Of a DNA stretch of 64,000 nt, positions 49,218 through 58,786 are shown piece after piece. The DNA comes from Polyangiales bacterium (lineage in GTDB: Bacteria; Myxococcota_A; Polyangia; Polyangiales; Ga0077539): the NCBI GenBank assembly GCA_044229975.1, contig JBGARZ010000010.1, positions 64,001 through 128,000 of the forward strand. The letters run 5' to 3'. A program made the translations under genes and the position numbers. The notes beneath the pieces were generated by a model. It did not search any database, was not told the origin of the DNA, and saw only the letters and a program-made list of their open reading frames with translations. Each line of letters starts with the position of its first letter. Position 1 is the first letter of the stretch.

Positions 49218-49892
49218 ATGGACCGAATCGACGACCTCACCGCGGATGTCTTCAACTTCCTGATCCAGCTCCGACGGCTGGACGCCAACGCGCAGCCGCC
49301 GCCGGAGACCGTCCTGCAGCGGCTCCGCTCGCTCATCGACACCATGGGCAAGCGCGCGGCGGACCTCGGGTTCTCCCGCGAGGACGTGCTGGAGATCACC
49401 TACGCCATCGTCGCCCTCGCCGACGAGGCGGCCATCTACGCGGGCGGCAACCTCCGCCAGTACTGGATGCAGCGGCCGTTGCAGCTCCAGTACTTCAACG
49501 AAAACGTGGCGGGCGAAAACTTCTTCGCGCGCGTGATGGCGCTGCGTCAGGACGCCCGCCGCGTCGACGTGGTGCGCGTCTACTACACCTGCCTGGTGCT
49601 CGGGTTTCAGGGCAAGTACCGCGTGCGCGGCGGCGAGGCCGAGCTCGCGGCCATCATGGATCAGCTCGCCGGTGACCTCTCCCGCGCGGGCCTGCTGGGT
49701 CCCGAGCTCCTCTCCGTGCACGGCGATCGTCCCGACGGCGAGGTGCGCACCCGATCGCGCGCCGACCTCCCCGTCGTCGGCCTCGCCGCGGCGGCGGTGG
49801 TGATCTCCCTGGTGCTCTACGCCGGGCTCTACTTCTCACTCAACGGCGAGGTCTCTTCGGTCCTCGCCCGCATCGCCCAGTTCGTTCGCTGA
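49218..49892 (+). CDS. tssL: T6SS DotU/TssL protein (no OmpA domain)
   Basis: YAIVALADE, W...PLQLQYFNENVAGENFF, CLVLGFQGKY, C-terminal TM. Confidence 0.92.
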   Translation: MDRIDDLTADVFNFLIQLRRLDANAQPPPETVLQRLRSLIDTMGKRAADLGFSREDVLEITYAIVALADEAAIYAGGNLRQYWMQRPLQLQYFNENVAGENFFARVMALRQDARRVDVVRVYYTCLVLGFQGKYRVRGGEAELAAIMDQLAGDLSRAGLLGPELLSVHGDRPDGEVRTRSRADLPVVGLAAAAVVISLVLYAGLYFSLNGEVSSVLARIAQFVR

Positions 49893-49912
49893 AAGCATAG
49901 AGGGGCGACACC

Positions 49913-52900
49913 GTGTTCAAGTACATCTTCGCGTTCCTGGTCATCGCCATCGCGTGGGCGGCGGCCTTCATCCTGGGGGAGCGCCTGCCCCACGGCTTCA
50001 ACATCGCCGTGGCCGTCACCGTCGTCACGGTGCTGGTGCTGGTCGGCCTCATCGCGTACCGGAAGTACCGCGCCCGCAAGGCCGCCCGGGAGATCGAGAA
50101 GGCCCTCAACGCCCAGGCCGAGGAGCACGCCCGCACGGTGCGCCCCGAGCAGCAGGCGGAGGTGCGCGCGATGCAGGCGGAGGTCACCCGCGCCATCGCC
50201 TCGCTCAAGTCCTCCAAGCTCGGGAAGAGCGGCGCCGAAGCCCTCTACGCGCTGCCCTGGTACGTCATCATCGGGCCGCCCGGCTCCGGCAAGACCACGG
50301 CGCTCCGCAACTCGGGGTTGCAGTTCCCGTACATGTCCCAGAACGGCGGTGGCGTCCGCGGTGTGGGCGGAACGCGTAACTGCGAGTGGTGGCTCACCAA
50401 CGAGGCCGTGCTGCTCGACACCGCCGGTCGCTACATGACCGCCGACGACGACCGCGACGAGTGGCTGTCGTTCCTCGACCTCTTGCGCAAGCACCGGCCG
50501 GAGAAGCCCCTCAACGGCGTCATCGTGGCCGTCAGCGTGGCGGAGATTCTCGGCGCTCGCGAGCACGAGATCGAGGCCGTCGCCAAGCGCGTGCGCGAGC
50601 GCGTCGACGAGGTGATGGGCCAGCTCCAGATGACCATGCCGGTCTATCTGCTCTTCACCAAGACCGACCTCGTCTCGGGCTTCAGCGAGTTCTTCGGCGA
50701 CCTGCGGAAGAACGAGCGCGGTCAGATCTGGGGCTTCACGTGGCCGCTCAACCAGCAGCTCCAGTCGCCCGGCGCGGCCTTCGGTGAGCGCTTCGACGAG
50801 CTGGTGAAGGTCGCCGATCAGCGCAAGTTCCGCCGCCTCGCGGGCGAGCAGAAGCTCGAAGTGCGCGAGCAGGTGTTCCAGTTTCCGCAGCAGCTCGCGG
50901 GCGTCAAAGCCAACCTCGCCGACTTCGTCGAGAACCTCTTCTCGTCCAACGTCTACCAGGGCGCGCCCAACTTCCGCGGCGTGTACTTCACGTCGGGAAC
51001 GCAAGAGGGCCGGCCCATCGACCGGCTCACCCAGAAGCTCCGCGACACCCTCGGGCTGCCGCAGACCGCGGCCCCCGCGCCGACCGTCACCGAGGCCAAG
51101 AGCTTCTTCCTCCGCGACGTGTTCGCGCGGGTGATCTTCCCCGACGCCGACGTCGCCGCGCGCAGCCCGGAGGAGATCCGTCGGCAGCGTCGGCAACGCT
51201 ACCTCGTCGCCGCGGGTGCCTTCGCCACGGCGCTGCTCATCCTCACCATCCCGGCCATCGCCTACGTCGAGAACCGCGACTTCGTCCGCGAGTCCGGCGC
51301 CGAGGTCGAGCGCATCGCCGCCAACGCGGGTCAGCCCAACGCGGCGCCGCTCACCCTCGCCGAGCTCGAGCCCGTGCGCCTGCGCGTCGAGCAGCTCCGC
51401 AAGTGGGAGACCGGGGCGGAGTTCATCCCGCTCTACATGCGCTTCGGCATGTACCGCGGCCACGACATCTACCCCGACGTTCGTCGGCTGTACTCGGCCG
51501 CCCTGCGGCGCCGGGTCATCGAGCCGCTCGCCCAGCGCGACGTGCGCGGGATGAGGGACTTCGTGGCGGCGCACCCCGCGGGCACCGTCGCGACGCAGCC
51601 CGAGCGCACCGCCGAGTACGACCTGCTCAAGACGCACATCCTGTTGAGCCCGGCCACGCCGCGCGCGGCGGGTGAGCCCGACACCGACGCGCAGAAGGCC
51701 TTCCTGACGCGCGTGCTGGTAGCAGCCTGGTCGGCGGGGGCGCCGCAGTCGCCGGCCGACCTCGCGGCGCGCACGGCCAACGTCTCGGCCTACCTCGACC
51801 AGCTCAAGGACCACCCGCAGGAGCTCGCGCTCCCGCGCGACGCCAACACCGTGCGGTCGGTGCGCGAGGTGCTCAACCGCACGTCGAGCGTCGACCTCGC
51901 GCTCGAAGGCATCATCAGCGCCGTCACGCCGATGGGCTTCGACATCACGCTGACGCGCGCCGTCGGCCGCTCGCCCGAGCACATCTTCCAGGTGGGCCCG
52001 GTGGAGGGTCGCACCGTGCGCGGTGCCTTCACCCGCCGCGGCTGGGAAGAGTACGTGCGCGACCGGCTCAACGCCGCGCCCGAGGAGATCGTCGGCGAGG
52101 CCTGGGTGCTGGGGCAGAACCCCAACATCGACCGCACCGCGCGCCTCGCGGACGCCCTCGCTGACGTGCGCTCGCAGTACTTCCAGCAGTACATCGCCGA
52201 GTGGAGAAACTTCCTCGCGAGCCTCCGGGTGCGCGAGCCGGGCGACCCCATCATGGCGCTCCAGATGCTCCAGTGGTTCACGCAGGGCGGCTCGCCGGCC
52301 TACGAGTTCCTGATGCGGACGGTGGCGGAAAACACCCGCCTGCTCGACCCGCAGAGCGCGGCCGCCAACGCGGCGGGCAGCAGCCTGCTCGGGGCGGCCC
52401 AGCAGATGGCCAACGCGCGCTTGCAGTCGCAGGGGCGCACCGGCATGGCGGCCAGCAACGCCGCCAACTCGGCGCTCGCGGCCCGCAACGGGCAGACGGG
52501 CTTCGTGGCCGACGCGCGCCGCCGCCGGGAGGACGTCGAAAACGACGCGCTCCTGCACGGCATCGTGGAGTTCGGCGTGCCCCCGACGCCGCCTCCGCCC
52601 GCGGCCGCCGCGGCCGGCGCTCCGCCCGCTCCGCCGCCCGCTCCGGCGGGCCCGACGGCGCTGCGTGAGTACCAGGAGCAGCTCGCGTTCGTGCGCGACG
52701 CGCTCCAGACCCACGTCGACAACCCGGTGGCTCCGTCGGCGCCGCTCATCACGGCGCTCCAGACGGCGCAGACCCGCGTCGAGGCGCTCATCAACGGCGC
52801 CGCCGTCGACGCCCGCCCGGTGCTCCGCAACCTGCTGCCGCCGCCCATCGAGTTCACCGTCCGCCGCGCCACCGGGGCGCTCGCGGGCGCGGGGTCGGAC

Positions 52901-53746
52901 CGCTGGTGCAGCGCCGTGGTGGTGCCGTACGCGCGCACCCTCCACAACCGCTACCCCTTCTCGGCCAGCGGGCAGGACGCGGCGCTCAGCGACGTCGCGG
53001 ATTTCTACCGTCCCACGCGCGGCGCTGTGTGGGCGTTCTACACGGAAGCGCTGACCACGGACGTCACCCGTCAGGGCGACCAGTACGACTTCGTTACGCG
53101 TCTCGGCAGCGACATGGCCGACAACTGGCGCCCTGAGCTGCGCACCTTCCTCAACCGCTCGCAGGACCTCTCCACGGTGCTCTTCCCGGCTGGTGCCGAG
53201 GGGCCGCGCGTGGACTTCGAGGTGCGCCTGCGCGCGACGCCCTCCATCGCGGAGCTCACCTTCTCCGTCGACGGCGAGTCGCTCCAGTACCGCAACGGCC
53301 CGCCCGAGTGGCGGCAGTTCCACTGGCCCGGAGCGGGCGCGGTGCGCGGCGCCAAGATCCGCGCGCGCGGCCTCAACGGCACCGACGAGACCATCGAGCA
53401 GGAGGGCGAGTGGGGCCTCTTCCGTCTGTTCGAAGCGGGCGTCGTGCGGGGCTCTCCCGAGGCCCGCATCTTCTCGGTGGTCTGGCGCCTGCGCGACCAG
53501 GACATCGAGGTCGGCGTGGACATCCGCCCGGCCCGCAGCGAGAACCCCTTCTTCGGGGTTCCGCGCGCGGACAACGCCACGGTGGGGCGCTTCCTGCTGC
53601 CCTTCCGCGCCGAGGGCGTAACGGCGCCGCACCCCATCGCCCGCCGCGGCAACCCGTGCAACCTCTCGGGCGTTCCGGGCATGCCGTCGGCCCCCGACGA
53701 CGAAGGCTCGCGTCGTCGCCGTCGTCGCCGTCACAGCGACGGCTGA
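49913..53746 (+). CDS. tssM: T6SS membrane subunit IcmF
   Basis: LYALPWYVIIGPPGSGKTT, NCEWW, DTAGRY, PLNG, RGVYFTSGTQEG, RYPF, GEWGLFRL. Confidence 0.95.
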   Translation: MFKYIFAFLVIAIAWAAAFILGERLPHGFNIAVAVTVVTVLVLVGLIAYRKYRARKAAREIEKALNAQAEEHARTVRPEQQAEVRAMQAEVTRAIASLKSSKLGKSGAEALYALPWYVIIGPPGSGKTTALRNSGLQFPYMSQNGGGVRGVGGTRNCEWWLTNEAVLLDTAGRYMTADDDRDEWLSFLDLLRKHRPEKPLNGVIVAVSVAEILGAREHEIEAVAKRVRERVDEVMGQLQMTMPVYLLFTKTDLVSGFSEFFGDLRKNERGQIWGFTWPLNQQLQSPGAAFGERFDELVKVADQRKFRRLAGEQKLEVREQVFQFPQQLAGVKANLADFVENLFSSNVYQGAPNFRGVYFTSGTQEGRPIDRLTQKLRDTLGLPQTAAPAPTVTEAKSFFLRDVFARVIFPDADVAARSPEEIRRQRRQRYLVAAGAFATALLILTIPAIAYVENRDFVRESGAEVERIAANAGQPNAAPLTLAELEPVRLRVEQLRKWETGAEFIPLYMRFGMYRGHDIYPDVRRLYSAALRRRVIEPLAQRDVRGMRDFVAAHPAGTVATQPERTAEYDLLKTHILLSPATPRAAGEPDTDAQKAFLTRVLVAAWSAGAPQSPADLAARTANVSAYLDQLKDHPQELALPRDANTVRSVREVLNRTSSVDLALEGIISAVTPMGFDITLTRAVGRSPEHIFQVGPVEGRTVRGAFTRRGWEEYVRDRLNAAPEEIVGEAWVLGQNPNIDRTARLADALADVRSQYFQQYIAEWRNFLASLRVREPGDPIMALQMLQWFTQGGSPAYEFLMRTVAENTRLLDPQSAAANAAGSSLLGAAQQMANARLQSQGRTGMAASNAANSALAARNGQTGFVADARRRREDVENDALLHGIVEFGVPPTPPPPAAAAAGAPPAPPPAPAGPTALREYQEQLAFVRDALQTHVDNPVAPSAPLITALQTAQTRVEALINGAAVDARPVLRNLLPPPIEFTVRRATGALAGAGSDRWCSAVVVPYARTLHNRYPFSASGQDAALSDVADFYRPTRGAVWAFYTEALTTDVTRQGDQYDFVTRLGSDMADNWRPELRTFLNRSQDLSTVLFPAGAEGPRVDFEVRLRATPSIAELTFSVDGESLQYRNGPPEWRQFHWPGAGAVRGAKIRARGLNGTDETIEQEGEWGLFRLFEAGVVRGSPEARIFSVVWRLRDQDIEVGVDIRPARSENPFFGVPRADNATVGRFLLPFRAEGVTAPHPIARRGNPCNLSGVPGMPSAPDDEGSRRRRRRRHSDG

Positions 53747-53772
53747 ACCCTCCGCCAACCGCTCAACCAGTC

Positions 53773-54711
53773 ATGTCATCCGCCGCGGCTGATCGGGACG
53801 CGCTCGGTGTGTACGGGAAGATCCCGGCCCAGGGGGACTTCGTCCGCATCAACGCCTCCGACCAGGCCGCGCAGTCGCTCGACGTGTGGATCCAGGAGGG
53901 CCTCGAAACCCTCCACCGCATGGGCGCTCCCTTCCCCACCGAGCCGCTCTACTTCCTGCACCACGGTCACCCGTCGCTGCCCGCCACCGTCGGCGCGATG
54001 ATCGCCAGCCACGACAGCGTCGGGCGCGTCTACCCGATGACGGTGTTTGCGCGCGTCGACCCGACGTGGCTCGCCACGCGCTGGTCGGGCGCGCCGCTCG
54101 GGTACGGGCTCTTCCTGCGCGACGCGACGCGCATCCTCCACGACCTCGGGCGGGCCGACGCGCAGCTCCTCGCCGCGTGGTCACGCAACCTCCGCCTTCC
54201 GTCCGCGCACGACCTCGCGCAGGTCGACGTGGTCTGCATGCACGCGCTCCAGAACTTCACCGGCGCGCAGGTGCTGCCCCGGATGACCGGCGACCCCAAC
54301 GCCTCGACCTGCTGGTACGCGATCAAGACCGCCGTCGACGCGTGCGACACCGCGCGCGCCCGACCGAGCCGCACGCCCATCGTGCTCGACGGTCCGCTCA
54401 CGGGTGACCTCGACCTCTTCGCGTGGTTGGAGCTCATGCGCCGACGGTTGCAGGGCGCGTTCGTGCCGACGGTGCTGTGGCGCGAGTCGGCGCCCGCCCG
54501 GATGCTCGCGTGCGTGGGCCCGCCGTCGGGCGTTCTCTTGCGCTACCTCGTAAACCCCGAGGACAACGCCCCGCAGCACTGGCCCCTGTGGACCAACCGC
54601 GCCGAGGCCGTGGCGCTCGCGCGGCAGGGCCTCTCGCCCGCGCACCAGGCCGCCATCGCGCAGTGGAACGCTCCGCTGGAATCGCTTCTCTCTGCCCTTG
54701 GGTGGGCTTAG
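53773..54711 (+). CDS. tagF: T6SS-associated regulator
   Basis: GVYGKIPAQGDFV, S.DSVGRVYP. Confidence 0.85.
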   Translation: MSSAAADRDALGVYGKIPAQGDFVRINASDQAAQSLDVWIQEGLETLHRMGAPFPTEPLYFLHHGHPSLPATVGAMIASHDSVGRVYPMTVFARVDPTWLATRWSGAPLGYGLFLRDATRILHDLGRADAQLLAAWSRNLRLPSAHDLAQVDVVCMHALQNFTGAQVLPRMTGDPNASTCWYAIKTAVDACDTARARPSRTPIVLDGPLTGDLDLFAWLELMRRRLQGAFVPTVLWRESAPARMLACVGPPSGVLLRYLVNPEDNAPQHWPLWTNRAEAVALARQGLSPAHQAAIAQWNAPLESLLSALGWA

Positions 54712-54749
54712 CCTCCCGTCCCCTCGCACAACCCTACGACACGGTGGTC

Positions 54750-56486
54750 ATGGACGTCGAAGAACTCCGCTCACGCGCGCAGCCCTGGACCGCACCGATC
54801 TCCGACGCGCAGCCCGCGGGCACCAACGCGTCGGCCGACCCGCAGTACGCCGAGCTGCGCGACGAGGTGGCCAAGCGCGACTCGCCGACGGGCGGACAGA
54901 TCCAGTGGCGCAAGGTCATCGACAACGCCACGGAGGTTCTCCAGAACCGCTCGAAAGACCTGCTGGTGGCGTCGTACATGGCCTTCGGCCTGTACACGTC
55001 GCGGGGCCTCGACGGTCTGGTCACCGGGCTCTCGGTGCTCTCGGTGCTCATCGAGGACTACTGGACCACGGCGTACCCCGAAGCGAAGCGCATGCGCGGC
55101 CGGGTCAACGCCATCGAGTGGATCATCAAGAGCTGCGACACGGTGCTGCCCAACCTCGCCGTCGCCGAGAAGGATCGTAAGACCCTCAACGACCTCGACT
55201 TCGTCGCCAAGCACCTTGCGAAGGTCGCGCGTGAGAAGTTCGCGGACAGCTGCCCCGCGATGCGGCCGCTCACCGAGGGGGTGACGCGGTTGATGTTCAA
55301 CCTCCCGGCGGAGAAGGCACCGGAGCCGCCGCCGCCCCCGCCGTCGGCCGAGCCCGCGCCGCCTCCGCCCGTCGCCGCGCCGCCACCCGTCGCTGCGCCG
55401 CCGCCCGTCGCCGCGCCGCCGCCCGTCGCCGCGCCGCCGCCCGTCGCCGCTCCGCCACCCGTCGCGGCTGCGGTTGCAGTGGCGATGCCCGCCGCGGCGC
55501 CCGTCGCAGCGCCCGCCGACGCCAGCGCCGTCGTGCAGTTTCTCTCCGAGGTCGGCGCCAATGTCTTCAGCGCGTCAGGGACGCTGCGCAACGCCGACGC
55601 GACCAACCCGCTGTCGTACCGCATGGTGCGCCTCGGGCTGTACCTGCACCTCGTCGACCCTCCGCCTTCGGACAACGGCAAGTCCAAGGTGCCGGCGCCC
55701 AACCCGGCGCGCCGCGCGCAGCTCGCGAAGATCGCCGAGAACGGCAAGTGGGCCGCGCTGTTGGAGGAGACCGAGTCCGAGCTGCGGTCGGCGCGCTTCT
55801 GGCTCGACCTCCACCGGTACTCCGCGATGTCCCTCGCGGGCCTCGGCGCGACGCACCAGAAGGCCCACGCCGAGCTGCTGCGCGAGACGGCGCTGGTGCT
55901 CAAGCGCATGCCCGCGCTGGTGGACATGAGCTTCGTCGACGGGTCACCGTTTGCGAGCGACGAGACGAAGTCGTGGATCTCCTCCGAGGTGCTCGGCGCG
56001 CTCGGTGGTGGCGGCGGCGGCGGGATGTCGGCCTCGTCCGGTGGTGGTGGTGGTGCGGCGCGCGTGGTCGTCGTGCAGGGCGGCGGCGGTGGCGGTGGTG
56101 GCGAGGACGAGGCGGTGATCAACGAGGCGCGCACGCTGGCGACCTCGGGCAAGCTGCCGGACGCCATCGCGATGTTGCAGGGGCGCCTGGCGTCGGCGGG
56201 TTCGGCGGCGTCGCGCTACCGGGTGCGGCTCGGCATCGGGCAGGTGTGCATGGCGGCGGGGCAGGTGGCCCTGGCGCGCGCGGTGTTCGAGTCGACGGAG
56301 AAGGAGGTCGAGCGCTACGGGCTGGAGGAGTGGGATCCCGCGCTCGCGGCGGCCTCGTCCGAGGGCTTGTATGCGTGCTTGAAGTTGTTGGCCAAGGGGG
56401 GGAAAGCGATGCCCCCCGAGGCGGGCTTGCTTTATGATCGCGTCTGTCGTCTTGATCCCACGGCGGCGCTACGCCTCGGGGCTTGA
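54750..56486 (+). CDS. tssA: T6SS TssA (ImpA-N, middle and C-terminal domains)
   Basis: PISDAQPAG, SKDLLVASY, FWLDLHR, FVDGSPFA, LEEWDP, LDPTAALRL; PPPVAA and poly-Gly linkers. Confidence 0.9.
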   Translation: MDVEELRSRAQPWTAPISDAQPAGTNASADPQYAELRDEVAKRDSPTGGQIQWRKVIDNATEVLQNRSKDLLVASYMAFGLYTSRGLDGLVTGLSVLSVLIEDYWTTAYPEAKRMRGRVNAIEWIIKSCDTVLPNLAVAEKDRKTLNDLDFVAKHLAKVAREKFADSCPAMRPLTEGVTRLMFNLPAEKAPEPPPPPPSAEPAPPPPVAAPPPVAAPPPVAAPPPVAAPPPVAAPPPVAAAVAVAMPAAAPVAAPADASAVVQFLSEVGANVFSASGTLRNADATNPLSYRMVRLGLYLHLVDPPPSDNGKSKVPAPNPARRAQLAKIAENGKWAALLEETESELRSARFWLDLHRYSAMSLAGLGATHQKAHAELLRETALVLKRMPALVDMSFVDGSPFASDETKSWISSEVLGALGGGGGGGMSASSGGGGGAARVVVVQGGGGGGGGEDEAVINEARTLATSGKLPDAIAMLQGRLASAGSAASRYRVRLGIGQVCMAAGQVALARAVFESTEKEVERYGLEEWDPALAAASSEGLYACLKLLAKGGKAMPPEAGLLYDRVCRLDPTAALRLGA

Positions 56487-56570
56487 TCGTTCTTCAACCG
56501 CCCGGTACGCCATTCGACGCACCGGGTTCAACGGGTCTGCTGGCCAAGGCACTGAGAGGAAGGTACGGGC

Positions 56571-57068
56571 ATGTCGAAAGAGGGTTCAGTTGCTCCCAAG
56601 GAGCGGGTCAACATCGTCTACAAGCCGGCGACGGGCGGTGCCCAGGAGGAGGTCGAGCTCCCCCTGAAGATCATGATGGTGGGTGACTACACCCTCCGTC
56701 CCGACGACCAGGCCGTCGAGAACCGCAAGCCGATCAACATCGACAAGGACAACTTCAACCAGGTGCTCGGCGAGCAGAAGCTCGAGCTCAACCTGGGCGT
56801 CGCCGACAAGCTCTCCAACGAGCCCGGCGCGGAGATGGCCGTCAACCTGAAGTTCAAGAAGCTCTCGGACTTCACGCCCGAAGGCGTCGCCAACCAGGTG
56901 CCCGAGATGCGCAAGCTGATGGAGCTGCGCTCGGCCCTCAACGCCCTCAAGGGGCCGCTCGGCAACGTGCCGGCGTTCCGCAAGAAGATCCAGGGGCTCC
57001 TCGGCGACGAGGAGGGGCGCGCCAAGCTCATGTCGGAGCTCGGCCTCGGCGACAAGGGCGGCACCTGA
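56571..57068 (+). CDS. tssB: T6SS sheath small subunit
   Basis: SVAPKERVNIVY, EVELPLK, DF.PE.VA.QVPE. Confidence 0.96.
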   Translation: MSKEGSVAPKERVNIVYKPATGGAQEEVELPLKIMMVGDYTLRPDDQAVENRKPINIDKDNFNQVLGEQKLELNLGVADKLSNEPGAEMAVNLKFKKLSDFTPEGVANQVPEMRKLMELRSALNALKGPLGNVPAFRKKIQGLLGDEEGRAKLMSELGLGDKGGT

Positions 57069-57113
57069 CACACCGTCTCGACACCAGAAATACACTGAGG
57101 AACAGAAGCACCC

Positions 57114-58595
57114 ATGAGTGACCTGAAGACCCAGTCCCAGGGCGGGACCGAGACGCTGGAGCAGGGTTCGCTGCTCGACGAGATCCTCAACGAAGGCAAG
57201 ATCAAGCCGAGCGAGGAGGGCTACGACGTCGTCCGCCGCGGCGTGCAGCACTTCATCGCGGAGATGCTCGCCCCCGGCCGTCAGACCGAGCGCATCGACA
57301 AGAACATCGTCGACGCGATGATCGCCGAGATCGACTCGCGGCTGTCGGCGCAGATCAACGCGATCCTGCACCACAGCGATTTCCAGAAGCTGGAGAGCGC
57401 CTGGCGCTCGCTGAAGTTCCTCGTCGACAAGGTGGACTTCCGCGAGAACATCAAGGTCGAGATGCTCAACTGCTCGAAGGAGGACCTCCTCAACGACTTC
57501 GAGGACTCCCCCGAGGTGCCGAAGAGCGGCCTCTACAAGATCGCCTACTCGCGCGAGTACGGCACCTTCGGCGGCAAGCCCCTCGGTCTGATGGTGGGCA
57601 ACTACGAGTTCGACGCGAGCCCGCAGGACATCTCGCTGATGCAGAAGATCGCTTCTGTCTCCGCGATGTCCCACGCGCCCTTCATCGCGGCGGCGTCCCC
57701 CAAGATGTTCGGTGAGAACTCCTGGGAAGCGCTCCCCAACATGAAGGACCTCAAGAGCCACTTCGAGGGTCCGCAGTACGCCCGCTGGCACGCGTTCCGC
57801 GAGAGCGAAGACGCGCGCTACGTCGGCCTCACGATGCCGCGCTTCCTGCTCCGCCTGCCGTACGGCGCGGAGACGGTCCCGGTGAAGTCCTTCAACTTCG
57901 AGGAGGACTCGACCGGGTCGCACGACAAGTACCTGTGGGGCAACGCCGCCGTCGCGATGGCGACGCGCGTGGCCGACTCGTTCGCGAAGTACCGCTGGTG
58001 TCCCAACATCATCGGCCCGCAGGCGGGCGGCACGGTGGAAGACCTGCCGCTGCACCAGTACCAGGCGATGGGCGAGATCCAGACGAAGATCCCGACGGAG
58101 GTTCAGCTCACGGAGCGCCGCGAGTACGAGCTGTCCGAAGAGGGCTTCATCGGGCTCACGTTCCGCAAGGACTCCAACAACGCGTGCTTCTTCTCGGCCA
58201 ACTCGGTGCAGAAGGCGAAGTACTTCGGCCAGAGCCCCGAAGGCCGCGAGGCGGAGACCAACTACCGCCTGGGCACCCAGCTCCCGTACATGTTCATCAT
58301 GAACCGCCTGGCGCACTACCTGAAGGTGCTCCAGCGCGAGCAGATCGGTTCGTGGAAGGAGCGCCCCGACCTGGAGCGCGAGCTCAACGCCTGGATCGGC
58401 CAGTACGTCGCGGACATGGACGACCCCGCTCCGGGCGTTCGTTCGCGCCGCCCGCTGCGCAAGGCCTCCATCGAGGTGAAGGAAGTCGAAGGCCAGCCGG
58501 GCTGGTACCGCTGCGACCTCAAGGTGCGCCCGCACTTCAAGTACATGGGCGCGGCCTTCACGCTCTCGCTCGTCGGCAAGCTCGACAAGGAGTGA
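57114..58595 (+). CDS. tssC: T6SS sheath large subunit
   Basis: FQKLESAWR, EYGTFGG, HAPFI, PRFLLRLPYG, RLAHYLKV, LSLVGKLDKE. Confidence 0.97.
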   Translation: MSDLKTQSQGGTETLEQGSLLDEILNEGKIKPSEEGYDVVRRGVQHFIAEMLAPGRQTERIDKNIVDAMIAEIDSRLSAQINAILHHSDFQKLESAWRSLKFLVDKVDFRENIKVEMLNCSKEDLLNDFEDSPEVPKSGLYKIAYSREYGTFGGKPLGLMVGNYEFDASPQDISLMQKIASVSAMSHAPFIAAASPKMFGENSWEALPNMKDLKSHFEGPQYARWHAFRESEDARYVGLTMPRFLLRLPYGAETVPVKSFNFEEDSTGSHDKYLWGNAAVAMATRVADSFAKYRWCPNIIGPQAGGTVEDLPLHQYQAMGEIQTKIPTEVQLTERREYELSEEGFIGLTFRKDSNNACFFSANSVQKAKYFGQSPEGREAETNYRLGTQLPYMFIMNRLAHYLKVLQREQIGSWKERPDLERELNAWIGQYVADMDDPAPGVRSRRPLRKASIEVKEVEGQPGWYRCDLKVRPHFKYMGAAFTLSLVGKLDKE

Positions 58596-58720
58596 CGCCC
58601 GCGCGGGCGTGGCGCATCCTGCGGCTTACGTCCTCGCTCCCTCCCGCGGCGTAGCGCTGCTACGCCTTGGTCGGTCGCTGCGGGCGCGCTCGCAGGCTGC
58701 ATCCACGTCCGCACGGCGTC
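58594..58720. repeat. Structured intergenic palindromic element between tssC and the Clp gene
   Basis: Imperfect terminal IR GACGCCCGCGCGGGCGTGG.GCATCCTGCG / CGCAGGCTGCATCCACGTCCGCACGGCGTC around the central hairpin GGCGTAGC-GCT-GCTACGCC. Confidence 0.65.
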
Positions 58721-58786
58721 CCCGCTTCAGCCCGATCTCCCTCCAACACTCCCGCTCGCGGGGCGCGTGGTACCGTCCGCGCCCCG

